Part shown: positions 12,285 to 23,400 of the stretch, in pieces
Numbering within the stretch: the stretch's first letter is position 1
Layout of the letters: the number at the start of each line of letters is the position of its first letter
DNA from: Hydrolagus colliei
Taxonomy: Eukaryota
DNA: 64,000 nucleotides
Direction: 5' to 3'
NCBI GenBank assembly: GCA_035084275.1
Contig: CM068747.1
Location: 23,560,001-23,624,000, forward strand
The notes under the pieces: model-generated
What the model saw: the letters and a program-made list of their open reading frames with translations, nothing else
What the model was told of the DNA's origin: nothing
The model's database searches: none
Position numbers and translations under genes: made by a program

Positions 12285-12750
12285 CTCAAGACCTTCCTCT
12301 TTGACCGTGCCTTCTGCTCCCCTCCTAACTCTTCCACCTCTCCTACTCTCCTTCCCCTTCCTCCCGTATTCGGGTCCCGACCTGACTGTTCAGCACTTTG
12401 AGACATCCTCCTGACGTGAAAGACGCTCTATAAATGTAATTTTGTTGTTGTTTGTTGTTGTTGATGGACTCCCGACTGCTCCTGCCAAAAGCTGCAGCCC
12501 ACCCAGAACTCTGCAGCCCATGTCCTCTCCCGCATCAGGCTCTATTAGTCTATCACCCCAACCTTGCCTGGTTCCATTGGGAATGAGCTACACGTTCACA
12601 CTAAAATCCCTCTATGGTCATGCCCACCCTACCTCTGCAACCTTGTTGAAGCTACCAATCTACCCATTCCTTCCACTCACCAGGCACTGGACTTCATTCC
12701 TCCTTCACATCCTCCACTCTGCCTGCCCCATTATCAGGGCTTTACGCCTA
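12285..12750 (+). mobile_element. Two L2-type LINE fragments in rbm45 intron 3
   Basis: Tail CTGACGTGAAAGACGCTCTATAAATGTAATTTTGTTGTTG at about 12410-12460, followed by a degraded upstream L2 piece. Confidence 0.6.
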
Positions 12751-12873
12751 TATGCCCAGTCTCGAAGATAGTTTAAGCATGTTGAATGATTCTAATATGC
12801 TTAATTCCAGTTACTAAGACAAGGTACAAAACCCAGTGTTTTGATAAACAATTTGTTTCGCAGAATGTCTTAC

Positions 12874-13000
12874 TTTTTTCACAGTTTTCAATCGCTTGCG
12901 CAGCCTGAGATGGTTTCAGGAACCTCACATAGCCAAAGCCTTTGCTCTCTCCCGTAGTCTTGTTCTTGATAACACTGCAGTATTCAATGTCTCCAAATTC
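12874..13000 (-). CDS. rbm45: RBM45 coding exon 3 (RRM2)
   Basis: CTATTAG| [42 protein letters not shown] |GTAAGA; 127 nt, phase 0/1. Confidence 0.95.
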
Positions 13001-13135
13001 CTAATAGGTAATGAAGAATTTATAAGTTCCTATTCTTAAATACCATTCAAGTATACAGTCTACAAACTCTTATAATTTCTACATGAAAATGTACTTAGGG
13101 TTAGGGTTCCCTAAACATGGATGTAAGCCTTCTAC

Positions 13136-13258
13136 CTTAAAGTTTTCCCTCAGATCATCTTCAGAGTAGCTTTTAGGAATCATAACAAAAATCCTTGTCA
13201 ATTCCTCATCTTCTACATCCCTGTGACTCCCTGATCCTCTGGACTGTGCAATAAACAC
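13136..13258 (-). CDS. rbm45: RBM45 coding exon 2
   Basis: TTTTAACAG| [41 protein letters not shown] |GTAGAA; 123 nt, phase 0/0. Confidence 0.95.
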
Positions 13259-14318
13259 CTGTTAAAAACAACATCTTATTAAAGTAATGTTAATTATAAA
13301 AATCTAGTTTTGAAGAGAAATATCTTAGTTTGTTATACAAATAATGTCTTTAATAAGCATGGAAGTTATAAATTGATTTCTAACTGTATTTTAGTAGTTT
13401 GAGTGCAGAGAAAATGAACAGAACATTACTGGAATAACTGGCCGACCAAAGTACACATATATAATACATCAGCCATTTCAGTGCTGCTGAGATAATACTG
13501 TACGGTTCCGAATGACAAAATGTATTTGAGTTTTACTGGAATCTGTTTATTTTTGGATTTAGAAACCAATGTGGCAAACATTCGTGCGCCTGCCTTCAGT
13601 TTCCTTCACTTTTTGTCCAGTCTACGCAAATGCAAGAACCTCTGTGAGCAAATATCAGTCTGCATCGTATTCACAGAATATAAGTCAATAAATTGATTAC
13701 GTTTTGTGGAAGTACAGTATACACGGTGAAGTACTTTGAGACGTCACAAAAGCGCGATCAGGGTATATCCAACCCAATGATGATTATTATTATCAACGTC
13801 ATTTAGATAACATGGTGATGGGAGACACAACGAGAGGGAAAAGTGGGGAGGGATTATTACTCTATATTGATCTTTTTCTATATCTATTACATTGACTTCC
13901 CTATATGCCTATTATATTAATCTCTATGTATATACTGTACGTATATATACATATAGACAATCACGTCTATATGACTAGATTTATCTTTCGGTCTATATAT
14001 ATATAATATATATATGTGTTGATGAACTATCACATTTACCTCTCTATATGTCTATTGTATTAATCTCTCCTATACACACATATATGTGTGTGTGTGTGTA
14101 TGAACTATCACTCTGACCTCTCCATACGCCTGTTACATTGATCTCTGACTATATATTAACAATCAGGTGGATTGCTTCAATGGCAGTGATTGCTATTATG
14201 ATCGCTTCGCTCCTTATCTCTCTCTCTCTCGCTCTCTCTGAGGAAACATAACGTGAGCGAACACGGGCTGTGGGCCTGGCCTAGGCGGGGCTTGGGCAAG
14301 TTCGGGGCCTCGGGTAAC

Positions 14319-14624
14319 CTTGATGGGTTTGGTGTCCTCGGACAGAGCCTTGCCGTGCATCTCCTCCATGGCTTTGCAGGCCTGGGACGACTTGGCGAAC
14401 TTGACGTAGGCGATGCCCTTGTGGTCCTTGGTCTGCTTGTCTCGCACCACCCAGATGTCCTGCACCTCGCCGTAGAAGGAGAACTTCTCGCGGATCACCT
14501 CCTCCGGCGTCGACTTGCTGATGACCAGGAAGAGGCGGCTGTTGGGCGGGTGGTCGAGGTTGGCCTGGGGCCTACCCCCGGCGCTGCCGCTCTCCTCCAT
14601 CGCTGCCGCCGCCATCATCATCAT
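14319..14624 (-). CDS. rbm45: RBM45 coding exon 1 (RRM1)
   Basis: Translates [37 protein letters not shown]...[34 protein letters not shown], matching the RBM45 N-terminus with RNP motifs. 306 nt, phase 0, donor AAG|GTTACC. The start could be any of 4 tandem ATGs or the downstream MEESG ATG. Confidence 0.95.
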
Positions 14625-14639
14625 CGTAACTACGCCTCG

Positions 14640-14790
14640 TTCCGACAGTCAGCTCGTCCGCTCACCAACTGTTCTGTTCACACGCGTCACCCACCGTTTT
14701 TATAGCCAGCGACGAGCAAGGCGTCCGCCCAACACACACACACACACTCTCTCTCTCTCTCTCTCTCTCGCTACAGCGCCACCGCTGGCT
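14640..14790 (-). promoter_or_regulatory. rbm45 CpG-rich promoter with TATA-like box
   Basis: CpG-rich segment upstream of the ATG; CTATAAAAA on the minus strand at 14697-14705, about 75 nt upstream of the ATG; (CA)n(CT)n at 14732-14769. Confidence 0.5.
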
Positions 14791-15249
14791 TGGAAGACTC
14801 ATTGCATCAAAGCCATTCACAATCTAGGCATTGTTGAGGCAACGTTGGGATTTGGTTCCAATGTTGTTGTTTTTTTGGTTCCAACATTAAAATTTGATTG
14901 GGTTTTTTTCTCTCATGTTGTAACATTGCTCGGTCAAAGAGCCGGCACAGACTCGATGGCCCGAATGGCCTCCTTCTGTGCCGTAACATTCTATGATTCT
15001 ATGAACATGAGGCTCACCTATCAGTTGGGGGCCATACCATACATACCATACATGCCATACTGCCATACGACTTATACAAAGCACGAGTTGTGTCAAGCTC
15101 GTATTGAATGTAAACTCTTGAACAGGTCTTAGGCAGAGAGAGGTACGATTTAGGTGATTATATGATTTACACAAATTAGATTTATGCCAGTTTTACTGTA
15201 TAATCATTGTGTTTGATATAGAGCCCACTATGGCACAATAATTGCTGGA

Positions 15250-15530
15250 AACAGTTAGTGACTTTTGTTTTTTGTGGGGAAATTGGCAATTTCCACAAAG
15301 CAAATGTACGACACCACAAACAGCCATAAAACAAATACTGTATGTGATTTAACTGAATGAAATGGTACCCAACAAACAGTACCATTCTTCGAATGGCGTT
15401 ATAGCATCTTTCACATCCACTTCAACAGATAGAAAGTCTCTCAGTAATATCTCGACTGAAAGTTGGCACCTTTAACAATCCATTGTTCTCTCAGTGTTGC
15501 AATGAAGTGCCAGCCTTGAACACTCTCGCA
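15250..15530 (-). mobile_element. Old Deu-domain SINE (SacSINE1/AmnSINE1-like)
   Basis: Minus strand reads ...GGCACTTCATTGCAACACTGAGAG...GGTGCCAACTTTCAGTCGAGAT...GTGGATGTGAAAGATGCTATAACGCCATTCGAAGAA..., resembling the Deu-SINE consensus as recalled. Confidence 0.55.
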
Positions 15531-15599
15531 GCTCAAAAGATACCAACGCGGCAATTGATTGTGGGTTGAAAACATGTCTGCACCACTAAGTCTCAATGA

Positions 15600-16790
15600 T
15601 ATCAACTATGGAAATTCTCTTCTTTAGCAGAATGACTATTACAATCATCTGATAATAAGAAGAATCTTTCCAATCTGTATTATCTCTTTCTCTCCCAAGA
15701 CAATGGCCACGATCGCTCTCACACATTCCACAATGCCTATTATAATAATTCCCTCTCTCTCTACAATTATCGTTTGTGGCTACTCCCCTTCTCTCTCCAA
15801 TGTCTTTCGTAATAATCCCTCCCTCTTTCTAAAACTATTATAACAAGCCCTCTGTTTCTTTTCTTTCTTTAATGACTATAATAATCTCTCTGCTCTCTCT
15901 CCGATGGCTATTGCAATGATCTCTCTCTCTCTAATGACTATTAAGGATATAATGTTCTCACTCTATCTCTGAACATAATTATAATGATATCTCTTTATGA
16001 ACTATTGTATTCATATCCCTGTCTGTATTTGTCACTCTATACATTGACTATTATATTGATCAATATATACATATTGACTGTTATTTTGATCTCTCTGTGC
16101 ATAGAATACCATATTGATCACTCTATATAATGTATATAGACTATCATATTGATCTATATATAAACATATTGACTATTATATTGATATACAGTATATATAG
16201 ACTATCATATTGATCTCTCTCCATATATAGATATTATATTGATCTATGCATACACATATTGACCTATATATACATATTAATAATAATCCTTGCATTTGAT
16301 ATAGCGTTACTCACATCTTCTAGACGTCTCAAAACATTTCACAGAAATATACTGTGAAGTGAATTGCCTGTTTATTTGTGGGCGAAATGTGGCAACCAAT
16401 TGTATGCAGAGGTATCATATTGACCTCTATATATTGACTTTTACATTGATCTCTTTATTGTAATATAATATATACATTGACTATGATATTGATCTGTATA
16501 TATATATAACCATATTGACTATGATATTGATCTCTCTTTATGATATTGATTATAATAGTCATTCTGCTAAACAAGGAAATTCCATAGTGTGATAGTCACA
16601 CAATACTATCACATTGACCTCTCTGTATATTACATTGATCTATAATAAATAATAATAATAATAATCCTTACATTTATACAGCACTTTCCACATCTTATCG
16701 ACATCTCTATATTATATATGTTTATTATATATCTAGGCAATTGTATTGATCCCTCTCTACACAATGGCCATTGAGATGCTGTCTGGACAC
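15600..16790. repeat. Degenerate AT-rich minisatellite (about 25-35 bp unit, ATTGACTATTATATTGATCTCTCT); a second tract lies at 13850-14200
   Basis: Many imperfect copies are visible directly; interrupted by SINE tails at 16275-16410 and 16650-16710. Confidence 0.75.
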
Positions 16791-16829
16791 TGATTATGAT
16801 AATGAGCTGTCACTGTGGTGGGGGGTGAT

Positions 16830-17290
16830 TGTGACACGCGTTGCGTGTGCGCTTTGCTAATGCTCCTCACGCCTCCCAGTGCCTAGCGACCACCTCTCCC
16901 CCCGGTAACCACAGTAACCACCTCAGCAACCATCTCACCCCCCCCCCCCCCCCCCCCGATAACCACAGTAACCGCCTCTCTCCAGCCAACCCCCGAGACC
17001 CTCAACATCGTTGGGTGAGAAGGGGGCCCGGGGGGTGGGGGGATGAGGGCAGAAGGGAGGGTGGTGGAGAGATGGAAGGGGAGGGTATGTGGGAGTGGGG
17101 AGAAGGGAGGGAGGGGCTTCGACTCTTAATGCCTGACACACATACAGGACAGTTAGATAGACCACCCCACCCACCACCCGTCTCCCCACCACCCAACTAA
17201 CACCTGGGCGGTGTCTCCAAGCGCTTATCAGTGGCAGAGTCTGAGGCCGAGCCTGTGGAGGTGGGGGTGGGGGGGTGAAGGTAACCGCAA
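16830..17290 (+). promoter_or_regulatory. Probable cytochrome c promoter and non-coding first exon
   Basis: GC/CpG-rich island about 1 kb upstream of the coding-exon acceptor; NRF1-like TGCGTGTGCGC (16842-16852); X-box-like GTAACCACAGTAAC; candidate donor GAAG|GTAACC at 17280/17281. Exon limits are uncertain. Confidence 0.5.
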
Positions 17291-18074
17291 GCGTGGTCAG
17301 TCGAAGTCTTCAAGGGTGGCTTGAAGATGGGGAGGGGGGTGGGGCTGAGGCGAAGCGAGTTACAATGTTTTGGGGTATTTTGTTTACCCTGTAAACAAAT
17401 AGTTGATGATAATAATAATAATCCTTCCATTTAATTCAGTGCTCTATCATGTCTCAGAGACATCTCAAAGCGCTTCACAGAACCTTCATGAAAAGCGCTT
17501 CACGATGCTTTTTGAGACGTCAAGAAGACATGGACAGCACTATATCAAATGCAAGGATTTTTAAAATGATTGATTGTAACACACTGTAAAGTCACTTGAC
17601 TGTACGTTTGTGGCCGGAACTCGCGTAAATCACTATCAACCCTCCGCATAATCGCCACGTCCATCCATCCGAGTTCCATTCAGTTTACTCTCAAAAACAC
17701 CTTCCCGATTCCTTTGATCTATTGGTATGTATCGCCTCCTAACTCATCATTAAAACAAATCCAATTTGTGAACACTGCAAATTAGACCCGGTGATTAGCC
17801 TGTTATTATCTTTACTCTGTCTCTGAGTTAATCAAACGGAAGAGTTGGTCCATATCTACGTGTATCTACGTAGCTGGGTTATCTAATCTATGTTGCCTAA
17901 AATAGTATTTTCAGATGTTGCTGCTGGAATATTGGCCAGTTCTCTCTGGTCTTGTGTGTAAAACCACTCAAGAATCCATCAATGTTTTGTGATACTTTTT
18001 TTGTGATTGACCAGAATGTGATATGGCTTAGACACTAGTCCTAACGCTCCTCTTTTTGTCGTGGTAGGATCAAA

Positions 18075-18243
18075 ATGGGTGACCCAGAGAACGGAAAGAA
18101 AATATTTGTGCAGAAGTGTACGATGTGCCATACAATTGAAAAAGGTGGAAAGCATTTAGTGGGTCCAAACCTGTCGGGTTTGTTTGGCCGCCAAACTGGG
18201 AAAGCTCCAGGTTACAGTTACAGTGAAGCAAACAAAACTAAAG
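18075..18243 (+). CDS. cyct: Cytochrome c, first coding exon (positional orthologue of testis cytochrome c)
   Basis: Acceptor TTTTTGTCGTGGTAG| 7 nt before the ATG; [56 protein letters not shown] with the CXXCH haem motif; 169 nt, donor AAAG|GTACTG. The symbol is inferred from the RBM45-PDE11A synteny. Confidence 0.93.
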
Positions 18244-18312
18244 GTACTGTCATCAGAACAGTGGCTGATACTTGCAGATCAGTTTTAAAAATATTAATCC
18301 TTGGATTGTTTA

Positions 18313-18680
18313 TAACAACAACAACCTACAACAAAATTACACTTGATTAGCGCCTTTCACGTCAGAAGGATGTCCCAAGGCACTGGACAATCACTGCTTC
18401 AGACCCGAGCTGGGGACGGGGATGGGGGTGGTGGGGGTGGGGAAGGGGGCTTGCCGATGGGTCCATCAAAGAGGAGAGTCTTGAGGCGAAATCTGAAGGA
18501 AGACAGGGAGGGGGCGAGGTGGAGGGACTACGGGATGGAGTTTATAGCTGTTATAGCACCGTATCCGGTCTTTGAGACATTTCAAAGCACTTCACAGAAT
18601 ATACTGTAAAGTGAATTGCCTGTATATAGCGTGGGCGAAATGCGGCAGCCAATTGCGCACAGCAGTTTTCCGCAAATTTG
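18313..18680 (-). mobile_element. L2-type tail plus SINE fragment filling the cytochrome c coding intron
   Basis: (CAA)n...GCGCCTTTCACGTCAGAAGGATGTCCCAAGG (L2 tail, reverse), then the SINE core CTTCACAGAATATACTGTAAAGTGAATTG...GCAGCCAATTGCGCACAGCAG. Confidence 0.75.
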
Positions 18681-18738
18681 TTTTTAAATGAATTTTTTTA
18701 AATGTACTCCTGAACTAAAATGTGCATTTATATTGTAG

Positions 18739-18884
18739 GGATCATCTGGGGAGAAAATACTTTAATGGAATATCTGGAAAACCCTAAAAAATACATTCCT
18801 GGAACAAAAATGATATTTGTTGGTATCAAGAAGAAGAATGAACGGGCTGACCTCATTGCTTACCTAAAGAAAGCATCATCGTAA
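18739..18884 (+). CDS. cyct: Cytochrome c, second coding exon
   Basis: TATTGTAG| (G)[47 protein letters not shown]; keeps W59, Y67, Met80 and F82; total 315 nt = 104 aa; AATAAA at 18950-18955 and 19065-19070. Confidence 0.93.
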
Positions 18885-20042
18885 TAACATGTCAATTAAC
18901 TTGCTTATTTGCACTCAGAAATTGTCAAGCGCCTTAAGTGCTGGTCAAGAATAAATCCTTCCAATATTTTACAAGCTTTTCCATCTTCAGTGCTAACCTG
19001 TTACTTCCATTTTTTAAAACCAATTATCTTTGAAAAGCAATTGTATAGCAAACTCAAATAGTAGAATAAAGATGGAGTACGTTTGCAGGCTGTTTCGTTA
19101 ATATAGAATTAATTTGTTTTTCACCATAAATAGCAAAGATGTTCCACAAAGGTAAGGAAATGAAGATAATAATAATAATCCTTGCATTTGATAATGGCAC
19201 TCTACACATTTCCAAGACGCCACAAAACGCTTCGTATAATATACTGTACTGTGAATTGACTGGATATTTGTGGATGCCAACAGATTGACAACCTGCCACC
19301 CTGACTTATTCAATGTTTCAAACTGAGTTGATTTTCAAGCTTCTTATCTGTTATAGGACTCCAGATTCAGTGCACATATTCTTAATGATAAATGTGCCCT
19401 TCAGTGGTAACCCATTCAGCCTTAAAAACAATGTTCCACAGAGATGGTCTGAGTTCTATCAAATGTGACTTGTTCAAATAATTGTAAAGCAAATATTGCT
19501 CAGAACATATCTTCAAAACCTTTTGGGGCCGATGCCAGTAGAACATTTTCAAAATTATCGAATTTGAATCACAAAGCTCAACATATTGTGAGCGAAACAT
19601 ACAAAACAAACGTAAGTAAGATATCCAAAGAAAAAATGTATTACAATCACTTCTTTAAAGCATTCTAGGTTTTCTAAATAGGCACACTGAATTACAAGAG
19701 CAAGGAAGTAATAACACATTTGTCTAAGACATTGGTTAAGGTGCAGTTAGAGTACCAGCTATATTATATATCAGCATCAGGCAGAGACATGAATGGTGAA
19801 TCCCCGAAAGTTTTGTTGGGCAAGTATAATAGGCCATTTGCTCGCTGTTAGGAAATATCTCAAATTTTCTACTCTTTCTTGAATATGCTTGATTACTAGC
19901 TGATGTTTGTATTTTTTTTCCTTTGTCTGGGTCTTTGTATTTTTTCTACTGTGAAATAAGCATCAGGAAGGTTCTGTTGGATGCCTGGCCTGTGCTCATT
20001 TAGTTGATGTTTTCCAGAGCAGGTCTGGGGTCATTACAATCG

Positions 20043-20472
20043 AATTCAAGATCCTTGTACTCATTTTCAAGGCCTCCCATGGCCTTGCACTCTCCTACCT
20101 CTATGATCTGCTGACCCCCTATCAACCTGACCGCTCCCTCTGTTCAGCAGGCTCTGGTCTGCTCCATGTCTCCCACCTACCCTACCATTGCGGCCCGGTC
20201 TTTCAGTCTCTGCCTCCACCCTTTGGAACTCCATCACACCCTACCATTACCTCCTTCCCTTGCCTCCTTCATGAGTGGTCTCAAGACCTCCTTTTCGACC
20301 GTGCCTTCAGTCCCGTCCTTCCTCTCTGCCCTCCCTCATCCCAATCTTGCCTCCCCTCCCCCCTACCCCACCCCCCGACTCAATTTTCGGGTTCTGACCC
20401 CTGACTGTCCAGTGTCACGGGAGGTCCTCCCAACATGAAAGGCGCTCTACAAATGTAATTTTGTTGTTGTTG
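20043..20472 (+). mobile_element. L2-type LINE 3' fragment
   Basis: GAATTCAAGATCCTT...TGGAACTCC...AAAGGCGCTCTACAAATGTAATTTTGTTGTTGTTG. Further copies at 21290-21710(-), 22290-22600(-), 48140-48540(+) and 51040-51320(-). Confidence 0.75.
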
Positions 20473-23400
20473 TACTAATCCCTACCAAGTGGGATTGTTT
20501 TAAAAGCCAATGTAATTTCATAAAACATCATCTGAATCTACTAGAATTTATTGAGTCTGGAATAAGTAAACTGTTTAGTGTATGTAAAATGATTGGACCT
20601 ACAGCTCACTAGAATGTAATTTGTCCTCTCTCCCCTAGACGACTTCTGTGCATTCTGCATACGCATTGTATTTTCTCATATTTGTCTATCACTTGAAATC
20701 CTCTGGTGAAAAGAAATCTAATCAAAGGTCTCTCATGAGATTTAAAGTAAACATAGAAGCTAGTGACATCATTGAGCATCGTGCATAGATCAGCATTTTC
20801 CTCCAAATAGAAAAGATGAGTTATTGGAGATCCATCATCATTTATTTCATGGCTACCTTGCAGTTTCCCAACATGGTCTTAAACCGCCTCTTGTCTATTC
20901 CCTTTGATCCATTCCAAAATTCCAAAATGTCCTTTACCAAAGAGTTTCAAATAACATGTTCTGTTGCCGAGGAGTGTATCTGTAATGACCTTGAAGAAAG
21001 CAAACACTTGAAAGCATTTTGCAGTAATCCTGCTTATGCAACAGGGTTTCTTTCACATTTGGCTAAAGGGTTTCAAAACCCTTGTTTTAGTTTCCACAGC
21101 AGAGAAGATATATTGATGGACATGAACATCAGTGCTGTTTATTTGGCTTCAAAAACTGTTCTTCAATATACAGGGCAACAAGCACAATCAGTCATCATAA
21201 ATTCATACCTTTTACTGTACACAGCGCTAGTTTAAAACAAACCTGTTTGATGGATCTTTAAAACATTTAGAGCAGTACCATGATGTCACAACAACAAAAT
21301 TACACTTGTATAGTGCCTTTCACGTCTTGAGGGCAAGGTGCTGGGCCGTCATTCTTTCAGACCTGAGCTGGGGACGGGGTGGGTGGGGGGGGGGGGGAGG
21401 GGGTTGGAGGGAAAAGGGGACGTTTGGGGTGACCGATGGTACAGTCGAAGAGGAGAGCCTTGAGGCAGGACTTGACGGAGGCTAGGGAGGGGGTGAGGTG
21501 GAGGGACTGCGGGATGGAGTTCCAGAGGTTGGGGGCAGAGTGGCTGAAGGCTCGCCCGCCGATGGTGGGTCGAATGATTCGAGGACGTGCAGCAGGCCGG
21601 AGCCCGCTGAATGGAGGGGGCCGACAGGGTCTAAGAGATTTAGGAGGTTGCAGAGGTAGGTGGTGGGGGGGCAAAGCCATGGAGGGCTTTGAAGATGAAA
21701 CTATCATCCCAAACAATAGATATTTTTAATGAACTGTTACCAATACTTCCATTCACTATCTTCCCAAATTGCGCCACTGATGATATCTGTAGATACTGGG
21801 CTCACAGTTAATCTCAACTGGCCAGATCACTTTGACTGTTAACAATAGTGATAGAAAAGCTATTATGAAAAAAGATATTTGTCTTTTTTTTTGCTTTGGG
21901 TTTTCAAACACATGTCCTTGTGTATCTTAGGATGTCTGAACATTACTAACTAAAAAAGTCAAAATGTTTCCCTGATGTTTAAATCAGCGCCTTGGGACGT
22001 CCTCCTGACATGAAAGGCGCTCTAAAAATGTAATTTTGTTGTTTATTGTTGTTGTTAAATGCATTGTATGTTTTTCCTACTGTAAAATAAGCACCAGGAG
22101 AGTGCTGTTTGATGCCTGGCCTGCGCTCATTTAGTTGATGTTTTCCAGAGCAGTTCTGGGGTCATTACAATCGGCTTCAGTATGTCCTTCTAGGGTAGGG
22201 AAAAATCAACCAGAGTTCTTACTCATGGTCAGTATCTGGAAAGTATTTGTTTTGAGTTAGTATTGAATGAGTACTAAATGCTGTATGAATTTAATCGTAA
22301 AACAACGTGCACTTGTATAGTCATGCATGGTAGCGTCTCAGTGCTTAACAGTGTCGGAGACTGACTCCGAGCCCGGGTGGTGGGGAGTAGGTGGCCTAAG
22401 CACGCTTGAAGAGGAAGGTTTTCCGGCGGGACTTGAACAGAGGGAGAGTGGGGGAGGTGGGGGGCAGGGGGCAAGGCGGAGGGGTTGAGGGAGAGTGTTC
22501 CAGAGTTTAGTGGCGTAGTGGCTGCAATCACAACCTCCAGTGGTGGGACAGAGGGGGTGAGAGTGCAGGAGGGCAGTGCCAGTGGAAAGCAGGCAGTCCC
22601 CCACCAAAAAGGACGTAAACAGCTCACTGATGCTAACTGTCTAGGATCAAGCACAAGGAATCGCTTTCGGGCTAACGTACACAAGAGCTGCTGGTGCTTA
22701 GGTATCAGTGATGGCAACATCAGTCACTAATGTCAGAAAAAAGGGGAAGCAAAATTGAGGGTGAAAGCATTTAAATGTTTACACTGTGGCATTTATTCTC
22801 ATTCATCTCCACTTGCCAGCTACACACTAGAGTAAACCGATACATACTTTTCTACTTGATTACGTTTTCTTGAAGACTCAAAGCATCACAACATCTGTTT
22901 CACATATATCTTCTGATGAGGATGAAACAGCCAGTTTATGATGAATGTCTATGCTCCACAATAATCCCAAACTCCACCAGCAGACATGTGCAGATATAAA
23001 TAAAAGTAATGTTATTTTCTCAGATGTATAAAGTCTCAATCTGGGTGTCCAAAGATCTGATGTGCAGCTTGAATTCATAACCTCGCGGAGACACGCATTA
23101 TCAATTGAATCAATCTGACACTCAAGCTATAAGGAGATGAAACGAGCAAGGAAGTACTTCATATTAAAAATGCAAAGAACAATTTTGTAAATATATTAGA
23201 ACATCTCAAGATCACGAGATTGGTTTGAAGAAGGCCCTAACACCCCATTTGATCTTGTTTCTTGAGAATAACAATCACTCGTCTCATCACAGTATCAACC
23301 TAAAAGAATTGTAACATGAAACCCTGGTGCAATGTGGTTAAAAAGATAATGTCAATGTTGATGAAACTCTTGGTTGGTGCAGTCGTACCAATTTTTACTG

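Noticed and set aside
13095-13106. TTAGGGTTAGGG telomere-like repeat
   Set aside because: Only two units; expected by chance.
15600-16790. Regularly recurring motif resembling a CRISPR-like array
   Set aside because: Units are degenerate, with low-complexity rather than unique spacers; vertebrate context and no cas genes.
18075-18884. Cytochrome c as a processed pseudogene
   Set aside because: It retains the canonical phase-1 intron after 169 nt, an upstream acceptor, an intact frame and polyA signals.
20816-21235. 139-aa ATG ORF downstream of cytochrome c
   Set aside because: No recognisable domain, AT-rich composition and no supporting gene structure; a length expected by chance in 64 kb.
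22866-23126. Minus-strand acceptor plus 82-codon open frame (LECQIDSID...VVML*)
   Set aside because: No recognisable homology and no partner exons; cannot be supported without RNA data.
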